Source: a virus
IMG/VR virus record: IMGVR_UViG_3300043313_001521
Strand: one strand, 5' to 3'
DNA: 43,720 bases
Notes under the pieces: generated by a model
Told to the model about the DNA's origin: nothing
The model's database searches: none
Seen by the model: the letters and a program-made list of their open reading frames with translations, nothing else
In this document: positions 13,470-21,679 of the stretch, in pieces
Numbering within the stretch: position 1 is the stretch's first letter
Layout: every line of letters starts with the position of its first letter
Program-made: the position numbers and the translations under genes

Positions 13470-14113
13470 GCGTCCTCGTCTTCCCGTGTGGCATGGGCGA
13501 TCGTCTCGCCCACCTGTCCGGCATCCAGGCCGGCGTGGTCGCCGAGCTCGATGAGCGCATCAATCACGTCGGCATCGGTGCCGTTCTCACCCAAGAGGCG
13601 CCCGAAGGCGGCGGCAGTGGCGATCACGGCTTCGGCGACCGCAGCTCTGCGGGCGTCGGCTTCAACCAGGGCGGTGACATCCACGTCGAGCCCGTCGAGA
13701 CGGTCGACCAGTTGGGCGATGCAACGCCGGGCGTCGGCCACCTCGATCACCCGTCGTACCAGGCTCTCGACGGGCGTGCCTGACTGAGCGGTGACAAGTT
13801 GAACCAGCCAGCTCAGCTCGACGTCAGTCATCTCGGCGATGGCCTCGGCCCGACCGACGCAACCGTGCACGGCCAGGCGGGTGTCCTCTTCGAGCCAGTC
13901 GAGCTGCAGGTCGGCGTCGTTGATGTCGGCCACCCAGGTGGCGACCACGATCACGTCGTAGATGCGGTGGTCGTAGAAGTCGGCGGGACCCACTGCCTTC
14001 TCGATGACGAGCGCCTTCTGCCGGTCCACGATGGCGGCGCCGGCCAGGGCCATCTCGGCGGCGGCGTCGAGCGGGATGAGCCGGTTGCCGTCCACGTGCG
14101 TCCAGCCGATCAC
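13466..14113 (-). CDS. DnaB N-terminal-domain-like protein
   Basis: GTG start in a GTGA overlap with the upstream stop. IPLDAAAEMALAGAAIVDRQKAL...GPADFYDHRIYDVI resembles the DnaB N-terminal domain signature. It is coupled to the DUF3987 gene. Confidence 0.5.
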   Translation of the reverse strand: MIGWTHVDGNRLIPLDAAAEMALAGAAIVDRQKALVIEKAVGPADFYDHRIYDVIVVATWVADINDADLQLDWLEEDTRLAVHGCVGRAEAIAEMTDVELSWLVQLVTAQSGTPVESLVRRVIEVADARRCIAQLVDRLDGLDVDVTALVEADARRAAVAEAVIATAAAFGRLLGENGTDADVIDALIELGDHAGLDAGQVGETIAHATREDEDA

Positions 14114-14703
14114 TGGGGGGCCTGGACGTCGTTGGGCCACGGCACCGAGCCGGTGCGGTGGTACAGCTCGAGCTCCTCGATGCGGGGCAGGCGCTCCCAG
14201 CGGCGCACGCACCCGTAGCACCAGACGCACAACAACATGGGCACCGGCAGCCGGTCGCCCACGGTCGTCGGCCTACGGATGTCCGAGCGGGGCGCCACCC
14301 ACCGGGGACCACCGGCCGGTCCCGTCGTCCGGGCACACGACTCGCACCCGGGTTCTTGCACGAGACCGAGGTCCCGGCGGTGGCGTTGGCTCACCCGGGT
14401 CGGCACGGGGTAGCGGTGCAGGATGGCCGTGGCCTTGGTGAGCTCGACCGCTGCGGCCTTGAGCGCCCGGTCCAGGTCCCGCTCGTCGGTCACGGCCTGG
14501 TCGGGTCTCATGCCGGCGTAGACGGTGTCGTGGCGCATGGTGGCGGCCGGGCCTTCGTAGGACCGTGCCCGCAGGTTGCCCTGGAGCTCGCGCATGCGGC
14601 CCATGACGGTGCTGTCGCCGTCGATGGTGTCGAGGATCTTGGCGATGAGGTCGGCCCGGGAGGTGAGCGCCTGGGCGAGACGGATGCGCTGGCGGTCGTT
14701 CAC
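14110..14703 (-). CDS. Hypothetical protein with a C-terminal CxxC...CxxC zinc-ribbon-like motif (197 aa)
   Basis: C-terminal portion of ORF 14110..15315, starting at GTG in a GTGA overlap with the dpdA stop. High GC3. Cys motifs are CESC and CVWCYGC. Confidence 0.65.
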   Translation of the reverse strand: MNDRQRIRLAQALTSRADLIAKILDTIDGDSTVMGRMRELQGNLRARSYEGPAATMRHDTVYAGMRPDQAVTDERDLDRALKAAAVELTKATAILHRYPVPTRVSQRHRRDLGLVQEPGCESCARTTGPAGGPRWVAPRSDIRRPTTVGDRLPVPMLLCVWCYGCVRRWERLPRIEELELYHRTGSVPWPNDVQAPQ

Positions 14704-15479
14704 GTTCCCTCCCACAGGTCGGGCTGTTGGATAGACATCCGGGCGAGCACCCGTTCCCGCCACGCCATCGCCCAGATGGGGCAGTTGGCGCAGTTGCCGG
14801 TGCCGGTCTTGCCGTGGGAGCACCCCGGCAGGGGCGGGTTGCGGCGGGCCTCGTAGGACCACGCCATCGAGTCGGCGGACACGAGGTGCCGGCCGTACAG
14901 GCCCAACCCGACGCTCTTCACCCCGAAGCCGTGGCAGTTGATGCCGGCGTCCTTCAGCTCCCGGAAGATGGTGCCGATCTCCGCGGTGTCCTGCCGGCGG
15001 CACACCGAACCCACACCCACGACGGGCTCGGCGGCCAGGTAGATGCCCTGACGGGCGTAGCGGTCGATGCAGGCCAGGTAGTCGGCGAGCACCCAGCCCT
15101 GCAGGACAGGGATGAATGGCACCTCGGGAGCGTGCTCTCGCAGCAGGGACAGGTTCTCGACGGTGAGCCCCTGGTGGCGGTCCACGCTGAGCCCGGTCTT
15201 GGCCAGCATGTGGGGCTCGCACATCCAGTCCATGGGGGCGGCCCAATCCATCTTCCCGATGTCGGTCATGTACCGGCGGACAGCGTCGATGTAGTCGGCC
15301 GGCTCGGTGCGCCACTTGCCGTACATGGTCAGCTCGGAGAACCCGCCGCTATCGAGCGCCCAGCGGGTGATGGCCACGGGCAGGCGTTTGCGGTGGCCGA
15401 GGCGACGGTGGGAGACGAACAGGGGGACGTTGAGACGTTCCAGCCACACGGGCAGGTGGGTGCCCAGGTAGAACCTCAC
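14700..15479 (-). CDS. dpdA: DpdA-like DNA 7-deazaguanine transglycosylase (TGT superfamily)
   Basis: TGT landmarks occur in order: LDSGGF, PVLQGW, VGVGSVC, HGFGVK, ADSMAWS, and a C-terminal cluster CSHGKTGTGNCANC. The start is set at GTG 15479 (GTGA overlap with the upstream stop); an alternative start lies at 15542. Confidence 0.75.
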   Translation of the reverse strand: MRFYLGTHLPVWLERLNVPLFVSHRRLGHRKRLPVAITRWALDSGGFSELTMYGKWRTEPADYIDAVRRYMTDIGKMDWAAPMDWMCEPHMLAKTGLSVDRHQGLTVENLSLLREHAPEVPFIPVLQGWVLADYLACIDRYARQGIYLAAEPVVGVGSVCRRQDTAEIGTIFRELKDAGINCHGFGVKSVGLGLYGRHLVSADSMAWSYEARRNPPLPGCSHGKTGTGNCANCPIWAMAWRERVLARMSIQQPDLWEGT

Positions 15480-15719
15480 CCGGCGCCCCGTCCCGGCCTG
15501 GCCCGGCGTAGGGCGTCCAGGCGGCGAGCCTCGTTGATCCACGGTCGCAGGTTGATGGTCAGGTCGGGGTCGGTCAGGTCCCTACCTTGGAGCATGAGAC
15601 CGAGCGAGTCGATCAGGGCGGTGAAGGACACGCCGTAGTCGGCCATGAGCGCCCGGTAGGTGTCCTCGGCCTCTTCGGTGCAGCGGGCGAGCATCGCCGT
15701 CTTGGCCAACGGCATCACG
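15476..15719 (-). CDS. Small HTH-like protein, paralogue of 23328..23540
   Basis: Internal Met (MPLAKTAML...) of ORF 15476..16036. It shares GVS.T.L...G..L.G..LT and a basic AR..DA.RR tail with the plus-strand protein beside int. Confidence 0.6.
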
Positions 15720-15882
15720 CGTCGCTCCCCGTGATCGCCGCCAACAGCACCCGGTACCGCTGAGGCATCGCATCGGCCGGGATGCCGGCGGACATCAACA
15801 GCACCAGCCCTTCGAGCCGTTCGGCCTGGGCTTCGACGGCCTTGAGCCGGTGGCGCAGCTCGGCGGTCCCGTCGTTGGGCAT
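15717..15882 (-). CDS. Hypothetical protein (55 aa)
   Basis: ATG at 15882 and a TGATG overlap with the next gene. High GC3. Not in the ORF track because it is short. Confidence 0.5.
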
Positions 15883-15887
15883 GGCGA

Positions 15888-16145
15888 TCACAACGCCGAC
15901 CGCTTCCGGTTGTTGAGCATGGCCAGGGCACCGGCGACGGTGAGCTCGGGGTGACGCTCCATGTACGGCTTGAGCCGGGCGATCGAGATGCCGAAGGTGT
16001 CGGCCTCCCGTTTGGCCCGCAGGGCCGTCTCGTCAAAGTCGTGCTGCGCCGCTTTCAGGTCGTCCCAGTTGGCCTCGATGGTCCGCTTGTAACCGCGGGG
16101 GCCGGGCAGGACCGTCGGGATGTTGAGCTTGTCGAACGTGACCAT
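15888..16145 (-). CDS. Hypothetical protein (85 aa)
   Basis: Internal ATG (MVTFDKLNI...) preceded by AGGAGA. High GC3. Confidence 0.6.
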   Translation of the reverse strand: MVTFDKLNIPTVLPGPRGYKRTIEANWDDLKAAQHDFDETALRAKREADTFGISIARLKPYMERHPELTVAGALAMLNNRKRSAL

Positions 16146-16153
16146 GGGATCTC

Positions 16154-16459
16154 CTATCGCTTGCGGGGCAGGCACCCGATCCAGCGGGGTGCGGGGTGTC
16201 GTTCGTGGCGTTCGGCCATGACCGGGGTGAGCCATCCGACGGTCACCCCAGCCCGGAGCGCCAGGAGAGCGGCCGAGGTCGGGATGCGCAGGGCCAGGGC
16301 CATGGCGTCGGCACTGATGGGGGTGCGGGAATGGCCGAAGGCGTGGGTCATCTCCCACGTGCGGACGGTGACGTTCGACGGTGGCGCCCCCAGCTCGGCG
16401 CAGCACTGGGGCTTGGGTGGGTCGGGCTCGCCGGGTGGGTACTCGGGGAACAGGCTCAT
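16154..16459 (-). CDS. Hypothetical protein (101 aa)
   Basis: High GC3 frame. ATGA overlap with the RuvC-like gene stop. Confidence 0.6.
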   Translation of the reverse strand: MSLFPEYPPGEPDPPKPQCCAELGAPPSNVTVRTWEMTHAFGHSRTPISADAMALALRIPTSAALLALRAGVTVGWLTPVMAERHERHPAPRWIGCLPRKR

Positions 16460-16986
16460 GGCCTACGCCCGACCGGTGGGGCACCCTGCCAGGGCAGAAG
16501 CGCCGACTGGTTGACCAAGGGGAGCTCGACCAGGGGCGCCTTGAGCAGTGCGCACCCGACGGCCCTCAGCCACAGGGCGTCGGCTTCGTTGTGGTCGTGG
16601 CCCTCATAGCCCAGGCGCTTCTCGGCGGCCTGCACCATCTCGGTCTTGATGGCCACGCCTTTGCCGGTGGCGTACTTCTTGAGCGTGTTCGGGGGGATGG
16701 CGAAGAACCCGAAGCCCAGGTCGTACAGGGCGGCCCGGATCATGCCGGTCAGTTGCGCCTGTTCCCGCTTGCGGTCGTGGCCCTCATAGGCGAGCGCTTC
16801 GAGGACGATGAGCTCGATGTCGGCGGGCACGCAGCCGATGACGTGGTCCCGGATCTCAATCATCCGGTCCAGCCCCAGGTTGGTGGCGCCCTGGTGCTTC
16901 GGCTTGTACGTGTCGAGCCGGCCGTCAGGGTGGGCGATGCCGGTGGCGGTGAGCGACAGGTCGAGACCCAACACGCAGGGGTTCAC
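16456..16986 (-). CDS. RuvC-like Holliday junction resolvase
   Basis: VLGLDLSLTATG (catalytic Asp), LIVLEALAY (Glu) and HNEADALWL (Asp), in the order expected for the RuvC fold. Confidence 0.8.
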   Translation of the reverse strand: MNPCVLGLDLSLTATGIAHPDGRLDTYKPKHQGATNLGLDRMIEIRDHVIGCVPADIELIVLEALAYEGHDRKREQAQLTGMIRAALYDLGFGFFAIPPNTLKKYATGKGVAIKTEMVQAAEKRLGYEGHDHNEADALWLRAVGCALLKAPLVELPLVNQSALLPWQGAPPVGRRP

Positions 16987-18362
16987 GACTCACCCCGGGC
17001 GAACCCGATGATCTCACCGGTCGCCGTGTGGGCGAGCCTGCCCGTCGAGACGTCGTAGACGACCTCTTCATCCTCGATGGCCTGGAGCGTGTCGATCAGG
17101 ACCATGCCGGTGTCCTTGTCGATCTCCCCCCGGGACGTGAAGCCAGGCGAACCCAGAGCGGCGCAGATGTCGAGCGTGACCTGCCGGCGGTAGTCGTCAC
17201 CTTCGGACGGGGTCATGTCGCCGATGGGGAACAGGCCGGCGATCATGGCCATCGCCTTGGACCGCATCTTCGGGGTCATCTTCTCTGGTCGGCCGGCGGG
17301 GACAGGTTCGGCGACCGGCTCCGATGCCGGGACGCTAGGGGCGCTGTCCCCGCCGGTCTCCGCCGGTTGGGTCTTGTGCGAACGGTGGATGTAACGGGAC
17401 GCCCCCGGGGACTTGTCGGGGTTCGGCATCAACGACTCCGAGCCATAGGGCTTCGAGCAGATGTCGCACGTGTCGCCGGCCGCCTGGGCCGCGGTGCGGG
17501 GAGCCCTGCCGGTGGGCGGCAACGGGGCGGCGGCGTTGGCTCGCTTCTTGGCCGGGGGCTTCGCCTGTTCGTGCTCTTTCACCTGCGCCTCAACCGTGAG
17601 CGCCAACGGGGCTTCGACGGCCGGGATCGGCTTCCAGCCCGACGGTGGGGCCTGGTCGAGCGCCGACAGGTCGTCCACCGAGCCGACGGCCGAGTAGGAG
17701 TTGGCGGCCAACTGGCGCACGCCCTGGATGCTCACGTCCAGGTCGATGACGGGGACAGCGAACTTGTAGACCTCGGCCTTGCCGTTGACGAGCTTGCGCT
17801 TCTCCCGGTGGTCGAGCCGGAGCCGGGCCGGGACGATGGAACGGACGCCGGCCAACTGCTCAATGAGCTCGACCGCACCCGACAGCTCGACCGCGGCGTT
17901 CCAGCCGTGGGACTCCAGACGCCAGGTGCCGAGACCGGGCACGTCGGGCAACAGGACGGTGAGCCTCGTGGTGGCCTTGCACGTGCGGTCGTCGGGGTCG
18001 CAGTCGCAGGCCACATCCCGCACCGTGTCCCGCACCGTGTCGCAGCGCCGGGTGCAGTAGCCCTTCGCCCACGCCTCGTAATACTGCGAGAAGCCCAGGT
18101 CGGTCACGTTGGGGGGCAGGGCGATGCGCAGCTCCGACGCCGTGATCGCCACCTCCCACTCGGCCGACCCGTCGTTGTCCCACTCCTTGACGCTCCCGCC
18201 GTAGACGGCGGCCACCGCTTCGATGACCGCACGGTCAGGGCTGGTGAGACGGAAGTGGTCGAGCTTGCGGGGGGCACGCTTGCCGGAACGGGTCGGCACC
18301 TGCACGCCCATGCGGATGCGGCCGACCTCCCGGAAGCGTCGTTGCAGTCCGATGATGGCCAT
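16983..18362 (-). CDS. Conserved early protein (459 aa). The N-terminus resembles the phiC31 gp3-type (RDF-like) family; the C-terminus carries an extra Cys-containing domain.
   Basis: Starts at MAIIGLQRRFREVGRIRMG...KLDHFRLTS (Met128 of ORF 16983..18743) with a TGATG overlap on the HNH stop. The family assignment is from memory of the GxIRxG...LDxFRxTS pattern and is not verified. Confidence 0.4.
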   Translation of the reverse strand: MAIIGLQRRFREVGRIRMGVQVPTRSGKRAPRKLDHFRLTSPDRAVIEAVAAVYGGSVKEWDNDGSAEWEVAITASELRIALPPNVTDLGFSQYYEAWAKGYCTRRCDTVRDTVRDVACDCDPDDRTCKATTRLTVLLPDVPGLGTWRLESHGWNAAVELSGAVELIEQLAGVRSIVPARLRLDHREKRKLVNGKAEVYKFAVPVIDLDVSIQGVRQLAANSYSAVGSVDDLSALDQAPPSGWKPIPAVEAPLALTVEAQVKEHEQAKPPAKKRANAAAPLPPTGRAPRTAAQAAGDTCDICSKPYGSESLMPNPDKSPGASRYIHRSHKTQPAETGGDSAPSVPASEPVAEPVPAGRPEKMTPKMRSKAMAMIAGLFPIGDMTPSEGDDYRRQVTLDICAALGSPGFTSRGEIDKDTGMVLIDTLQAIEDEEVVYDVSTGRLAHTATGEIIGFARGES

Positions 18363-18895
18363 CAGGCGGTCTCCTCTTGTCTCATGACGGCGCGCGTCCT
18401 TGTGACGCGATGCCATTCGGCGTGGTGCTTCGGGCAGAGCCACGACTTCGGCCAGTTGTCGGCGTCGTTCCCGAACAGGCAGCGCGGCGCCCAGTGGTGC
18501 CACTCCGCGCCGATCTCCATGCAGTCGGCGACCTGACACGTCTTGCTGCTGGCTTGATCCCACACGAGCGGGATTCCTTGAGGGGGCACCCTGAGCAGGT
18601 TCCATGGGAGTTGAGGTGACTTCCACCGGCCACACTTGATGCAGATCACGAAGACGCATACGCGGCCGTTCGTCGAGCGGGTCGCCGCGAGGTACTCGGT
18701 GCGAGGAACACGGTAAGGGGGCGTGTATTGCTCGTGACCGCAATGGGGCACGTAGTTCTCGGCGGCACGCGTGAAGGTCTCGGGATCAGATAGGTCGATC
18801 CTTTGGGCTTCCCTGATCGCCCGAAGGCGCTCACAGTCGTAGGGTTCGATGGGTTGGGCGAGCACGTGGGTCATCGGATGGACTCCACGACGCAC
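18362..18895 (-). CDS. HNH endonuclease (free-standing, in the early region)
   Basis: C-terminal CMEIGAEWHHWAP...LCPKHHAEWH motif. The true start may be the internal Met at 18874. Confidence 0.7.
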   Translation of the reverse strand: MRRGVHPMTHVLAQPIEPYDCERLRAIREAQRIDLSDPETFTRAAENYVPHCGHEQYTPPYRVPRTEYLAATRSTNGRVCVFVICIKCGRWKSPQLPWNLLRVPPQGIPLVWDQASSKTCQVADCMEIGAEWHHWAPRCLFGNDADNWPKSWLCPKHHAEWHRVTRTRAVMRQEETA

Positions 18896-18899
18896 CCCA

Positions 18900-19790
18900 T
18901 CATCGACTCCATCGGTAGACCCGTTCGCCCACCACGAGCGGCTTGTCCTCAGGCCCCTTCACGTGCGGGGCGATCCACACCGGCTGGTGCTTCTTCTCGG
19001 CCGGGTGCCACTGGTTTCGCCAGTGACCGTCGACAATCCAGCGGTGGGACCACTCGACGGGGGAACCGGGTCCGGGGTGACCTTCCCGTTCGGTTGGCCG
19101 ACGCAGGTCGATCAACCGGATATTGGGAGCCGGTGGCAGACCTGCTCGGACCAACCTGCGCCGGGTGGCCCGGTCGATCTCGACAGGCGCCGTCACGGCG
19201 ATGCGCTGCTGCATCATCGTCGTGCACGTGGCCATGATTCGCCACAAGTCGACCGAAGTCTCATGCCATCCCAACCGATGGGCACCGTCATATCCGGTCA
19301 GGGGGATCGGGGTTATGCCGGCCTCGGCGTAGGCGCCGACAGGATCGCCTGGCCCCTCAAACGAGACCAGAGGGACCGCAACCTCTTCAGCCCAGAAGAA
19401 GCCTCTGATCAACTGAGATGCCATGGGCCAGACCCGTACTCCTCCGGCAAAGGCTACGAACCCCAAGGGGCTGGGCAACGGCAGGCAGTCGGATGTCGCA
19501 GGAAAGGATCGGGCTGCGGCCGTGAACAGATCGACCATCGGCGTGGTGACCCAGAAGCAAGTCGTGGTCACATCAAGCTGGGCGGCCAAGCCCGCGGCGC
19601 CGTCTCTGACGAAGGAGTGCTCATGCTCGAAATCGGCCGGGTTGTCCGAGCCGACCGTCGGAAGGAGGTCGCCTTGGCCCATCACAAAGCTATTGATCCA
19701 CGGTGCGATCAGGGGGCGGACCTCGGGCAGTTCTTGTGCTCGCTGCGGCAGCCGCAGGCGGCGACTTGGCCGACCGTGCCAGCCCATCAC
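18900..19790 (-). CDS. Hypothetical protein (296 aa)
   Basis: High GC3 and an ATGA overlap with the upstream gene. It has a conserved-looking C-terminus, VEWSHRWIVDGHWRNQWHP...WIAPHVKGPEDKP, but no family was recognised. Confidence 0.65.
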   Translation of the reverse strand: MMGWHGRPSRRLRLPQRAQELPEVRPLIAPWINSFVMGQGDLLPTVGSDNPADFEHEHSFVRDGAAGLAAQLDVTTTCFWVTTPMVDLFTAAARSFPATSDCLPLPSPLGFVAFAGGVRVWPMASQLIRGFFWAEEVAVPLVSFEGPGDPVGAYAEAGITPIPLTGYDGAHRLGWHETSVDLWRIMATCTTMMQQRIAVTAPVEIDRATRRRLVRAGLPPAPNIRLIDLRRPTEREGHPGPGSPVEWSHRWIVDGHWRNQWHPAEKKHQPVWIAPHVKGPEDKPLVVGERVYRWSR

Positions 19791-20008
19791 TGCCCCTCGA
19801 TCAGAACGAGGTGTCCAGAGCAGAGGTACCGGTCCGGCGTGTAGATGGACATCTTGGACTCATCGTCCAGGTCGATTTGAAGTTGGCGTCCACAGGTGAG
19901 GCAGAGCCAGTCCCCCTGAGGGCGACGCCCCGGGAGTGGCACGTAGAACCCGTGGGCCTCGTCCCACTCGTAGCCGTCGATCGGCCCCACGTACTCCCCG
20001 TCGCTCAT
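19787..20008 (-). CDS. Small hypothetical protein (73 aa)
   Basis: ATGA overlaps on both sides. Contains CLTCG and a further Cys/His pair. Confidence 0.6.
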   Translation of the reverse strand: MSDGEYVGPIDGYEWDEAHGFYVPLPGRRPQGDWLCLTCGRQLQIDLDDESKMSIYTPDRYLCSGHLVLIEGQ

Positions 20009-20967
20009 GACGGCAACCCCTCAAACGGGTCCGTACTGTCATAGAACGCAGCCGGCGGGATCAGCGGGTTGCCGACGACGCTCTTGCCGATGTCGAGCAC
20101 GAACCGCGCCGCGTCGATGGTGTGGAGAAAGTGCTCGAAGATGGACTCGTCGCAGCGCACCGGGTAGACGCCGTACCGCTCGGGCGTGATGTAAATGACC
20201 AACCCGTGGTCGACCTCCGGCACGGGTGCGGCCAACTCCCGCTCACTGGGGGACAGCAGGTAGTATCTGCGCTTGAACTGCTCGACCTGACGGGCACGCC
20301 AGACGGCGGCCAGATCGGCGTAGCGGTAGGCGGACAACTGCAGGGCGACCTCCGGGTACGGCCCCTTGTTCTTGCCCTGCCCGTCGACATCATCACGGCT
20401 CGTCTTGTAGTCGCAGATGAAGCTCGTGCCCTGGAGTCGCATGAACGCATCGCACGTGCCGGCGTAGCCGAAGGTGGGGCTAAAGACGGTCACCTCGGCC
20501 GCATCCATCTCGGGCTGGAACTCGTCCAGGAACCGGTCGTACTGCACCAGGAACGGCCGCAGCTCCTTGTCGTTGGCGTCCTCCGGCCGGTAGCGCCCGT
20601 GGATGGCCTTGTACTCGCAGGCCGCGTGCACGGCCTTGCCGAGCTCGGTCGCCGACCGCAGACCTTTGCCCACCCGGAAGCGGGCGTTCTTGAGGTACCG
20701 GATGGCTTCGTCCCTGCCGTCCGACTGCAGGATCGAGCTCACCGTGTCGAGCTTGTCGACGGCGGCCTCGGCCGTCTTGTTGGCGGCCCACGGCACCAAC
20801 GCGGGTTTGTCCAGACAACCGATGATCGTGGTTACCGACCAGTAGCGTTCGTCGTCGGCGGCGGGGGCGACGAGCTTGGGCTGTTCGCCCAGGACCGGCA
20901 GGGCGGGCGCGTCGGGTGGCATGGCTGTCGCTTTCATGGTCGTGGTGGGTCCCTGCGCCCGACGCAA
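20005..20967 (-). CDS. PD-(D/E)XK exonuclease (RecB/Cas4-like)
   Basis: Motifs GTCDAF, ICDYKTS (D...D/ExK) and QLSAYRY (QxxxY). The start is uncertain: TTG at 20967 or ATG at 20937. Confidence 0.75.
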   Translation of the reverse strand: MRRAQGPTTTMKATAMPPDAPALPVLGEQPKLVAPAADDERYWSVTTIIGCLDKPALVPWAANKTAEAAVDKLDTVSSILQSDGRDEAIRYLKNARFRVGKGLRSATELGKAVHAACEYKAIHGRYRPEDANDKELRPFLVQYDRFLDEFQPEMDAAEVTVFSPTFGYAGTCDAFMRLQGTSFICDYKTSRDDVDGQGKNKGPYPEVALQLSAYRYADLAAVWRARQVEQFKRRYYLLSPSERELAAPVPEVDHGLVIYITPERYGVYPVRCDESIFEHFLHTIDAARFVLDIGKSVVGNPLIPPAAFYDSTDPFEGLPS

Positions 20968-21056
20968 CCCATCGCGGGCGGCGGATGCCGGCGAAGGCTC
21001 AGCCCAGGGGAAAGGGAGGGGGCTGTCGGACTACGCCGGGCGCAGGGGTGGGGCCG

Positions 21057-21305
21057 TCAGGGGGATGTGCCGTCAACGCCGACGAGCGCATCCAGGTCGC
21101 CGGAGCGCACAAACCAGCGCCGGCCGATCCTGACGAGAGGCAGAGGGAACTCATCTCGGGCGATGAGGTGATACGCGGTGTTCTGCGTGATGGACAGCCG
21201 CACCAGGCTGTCGGTGAGCGTAATAAGTCGCGGTAAGTGGTCGGATTGGGCAGGAGTAGCCGAACCCGGAACCACGCCGTTCCGGTGAGTCACGGCGTCC
21301 CCCAT
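21057..21305 (-). CDS. Excisionase/MerR-type helix-turn-helix DNA-binding protein
   Basis: LSITQNTAYHLIARDEFPLPLVRIGRRWFVRSGDLDALV matches the excisionase-family HTH pattern. It is the first gene after the int-proximal non-coding region. Confidence 0.7.
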   Translation of the reverse strand: MGDAVTHRNGVVPGSATPAQSDHLPRLITLTDSLVRLSITQNTAYHLIARDEFPLPLVRIGRRWFVRSGDLDALVGVDGTSP

Positions 21306-21679
21306 TCGGGTTTCAGTAGGCGCCCGCTGGAAGCTCCGTGTTCAGGGGAGTGCTTCTACCAGGCGGTATACACATAGAAGCCCTGAAGTCATCTAAGCGC
21401 AACCCCCCGTTTAAATTCAGATTTGCCTTCAGGCTGAATTCTTTGCCCGTTAAACCGCGTTAGTCCGCGTCTAGCTATCAGAGTGCACCGATGTAATTTG
21501 ACGTCACGGATAGAGGTTGACCATGGAGCCTCGTGACATCCCACTTTCCGCACCCGAATCCGACCACTCACCAGAGTCAGAACGCGAAGACGGGGCCTTC
21601 ATCCTCGAAGACCCCGTCGTGCGTGAGCAGGTGGCGACGATCCTCCGTCGGGGGATCGCCCGTGCTGATGCCAAGCGCC
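21306..21679. other. Low-GC non-coding region downstream of int (candidate attP and early promoter region)
   Basis: 375 nt with no convincing ORF. It holds interleaved inverted repeats (cctgaag/cttcagg at 21382-21433; aattcag/ctgaatt at 21414-21440) and a tgacgtca palindrome. Confidence 0.4.
21589..21618 (-). terminator. Possible int terminator hairpin
   Basis: gacgggg pairs with ccccgtc in a 7-bp stem with a 16-nt loop. It lies about 60-90 nt beyond the int stop and is followed by a T-rich stretch on the minus strand. Confidence 0.35.

Noticed and set aside
14704-15315. N-terminal half of ORF 14110..15315, overlapping dpdA
   Set aside because: It is out of frame with the motif-bearing DpdA ORF and has an Arg/Pro/Gly-rich junk composition. 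The real gene starts at the GTG at 14703, coupled to the dpdA stop.
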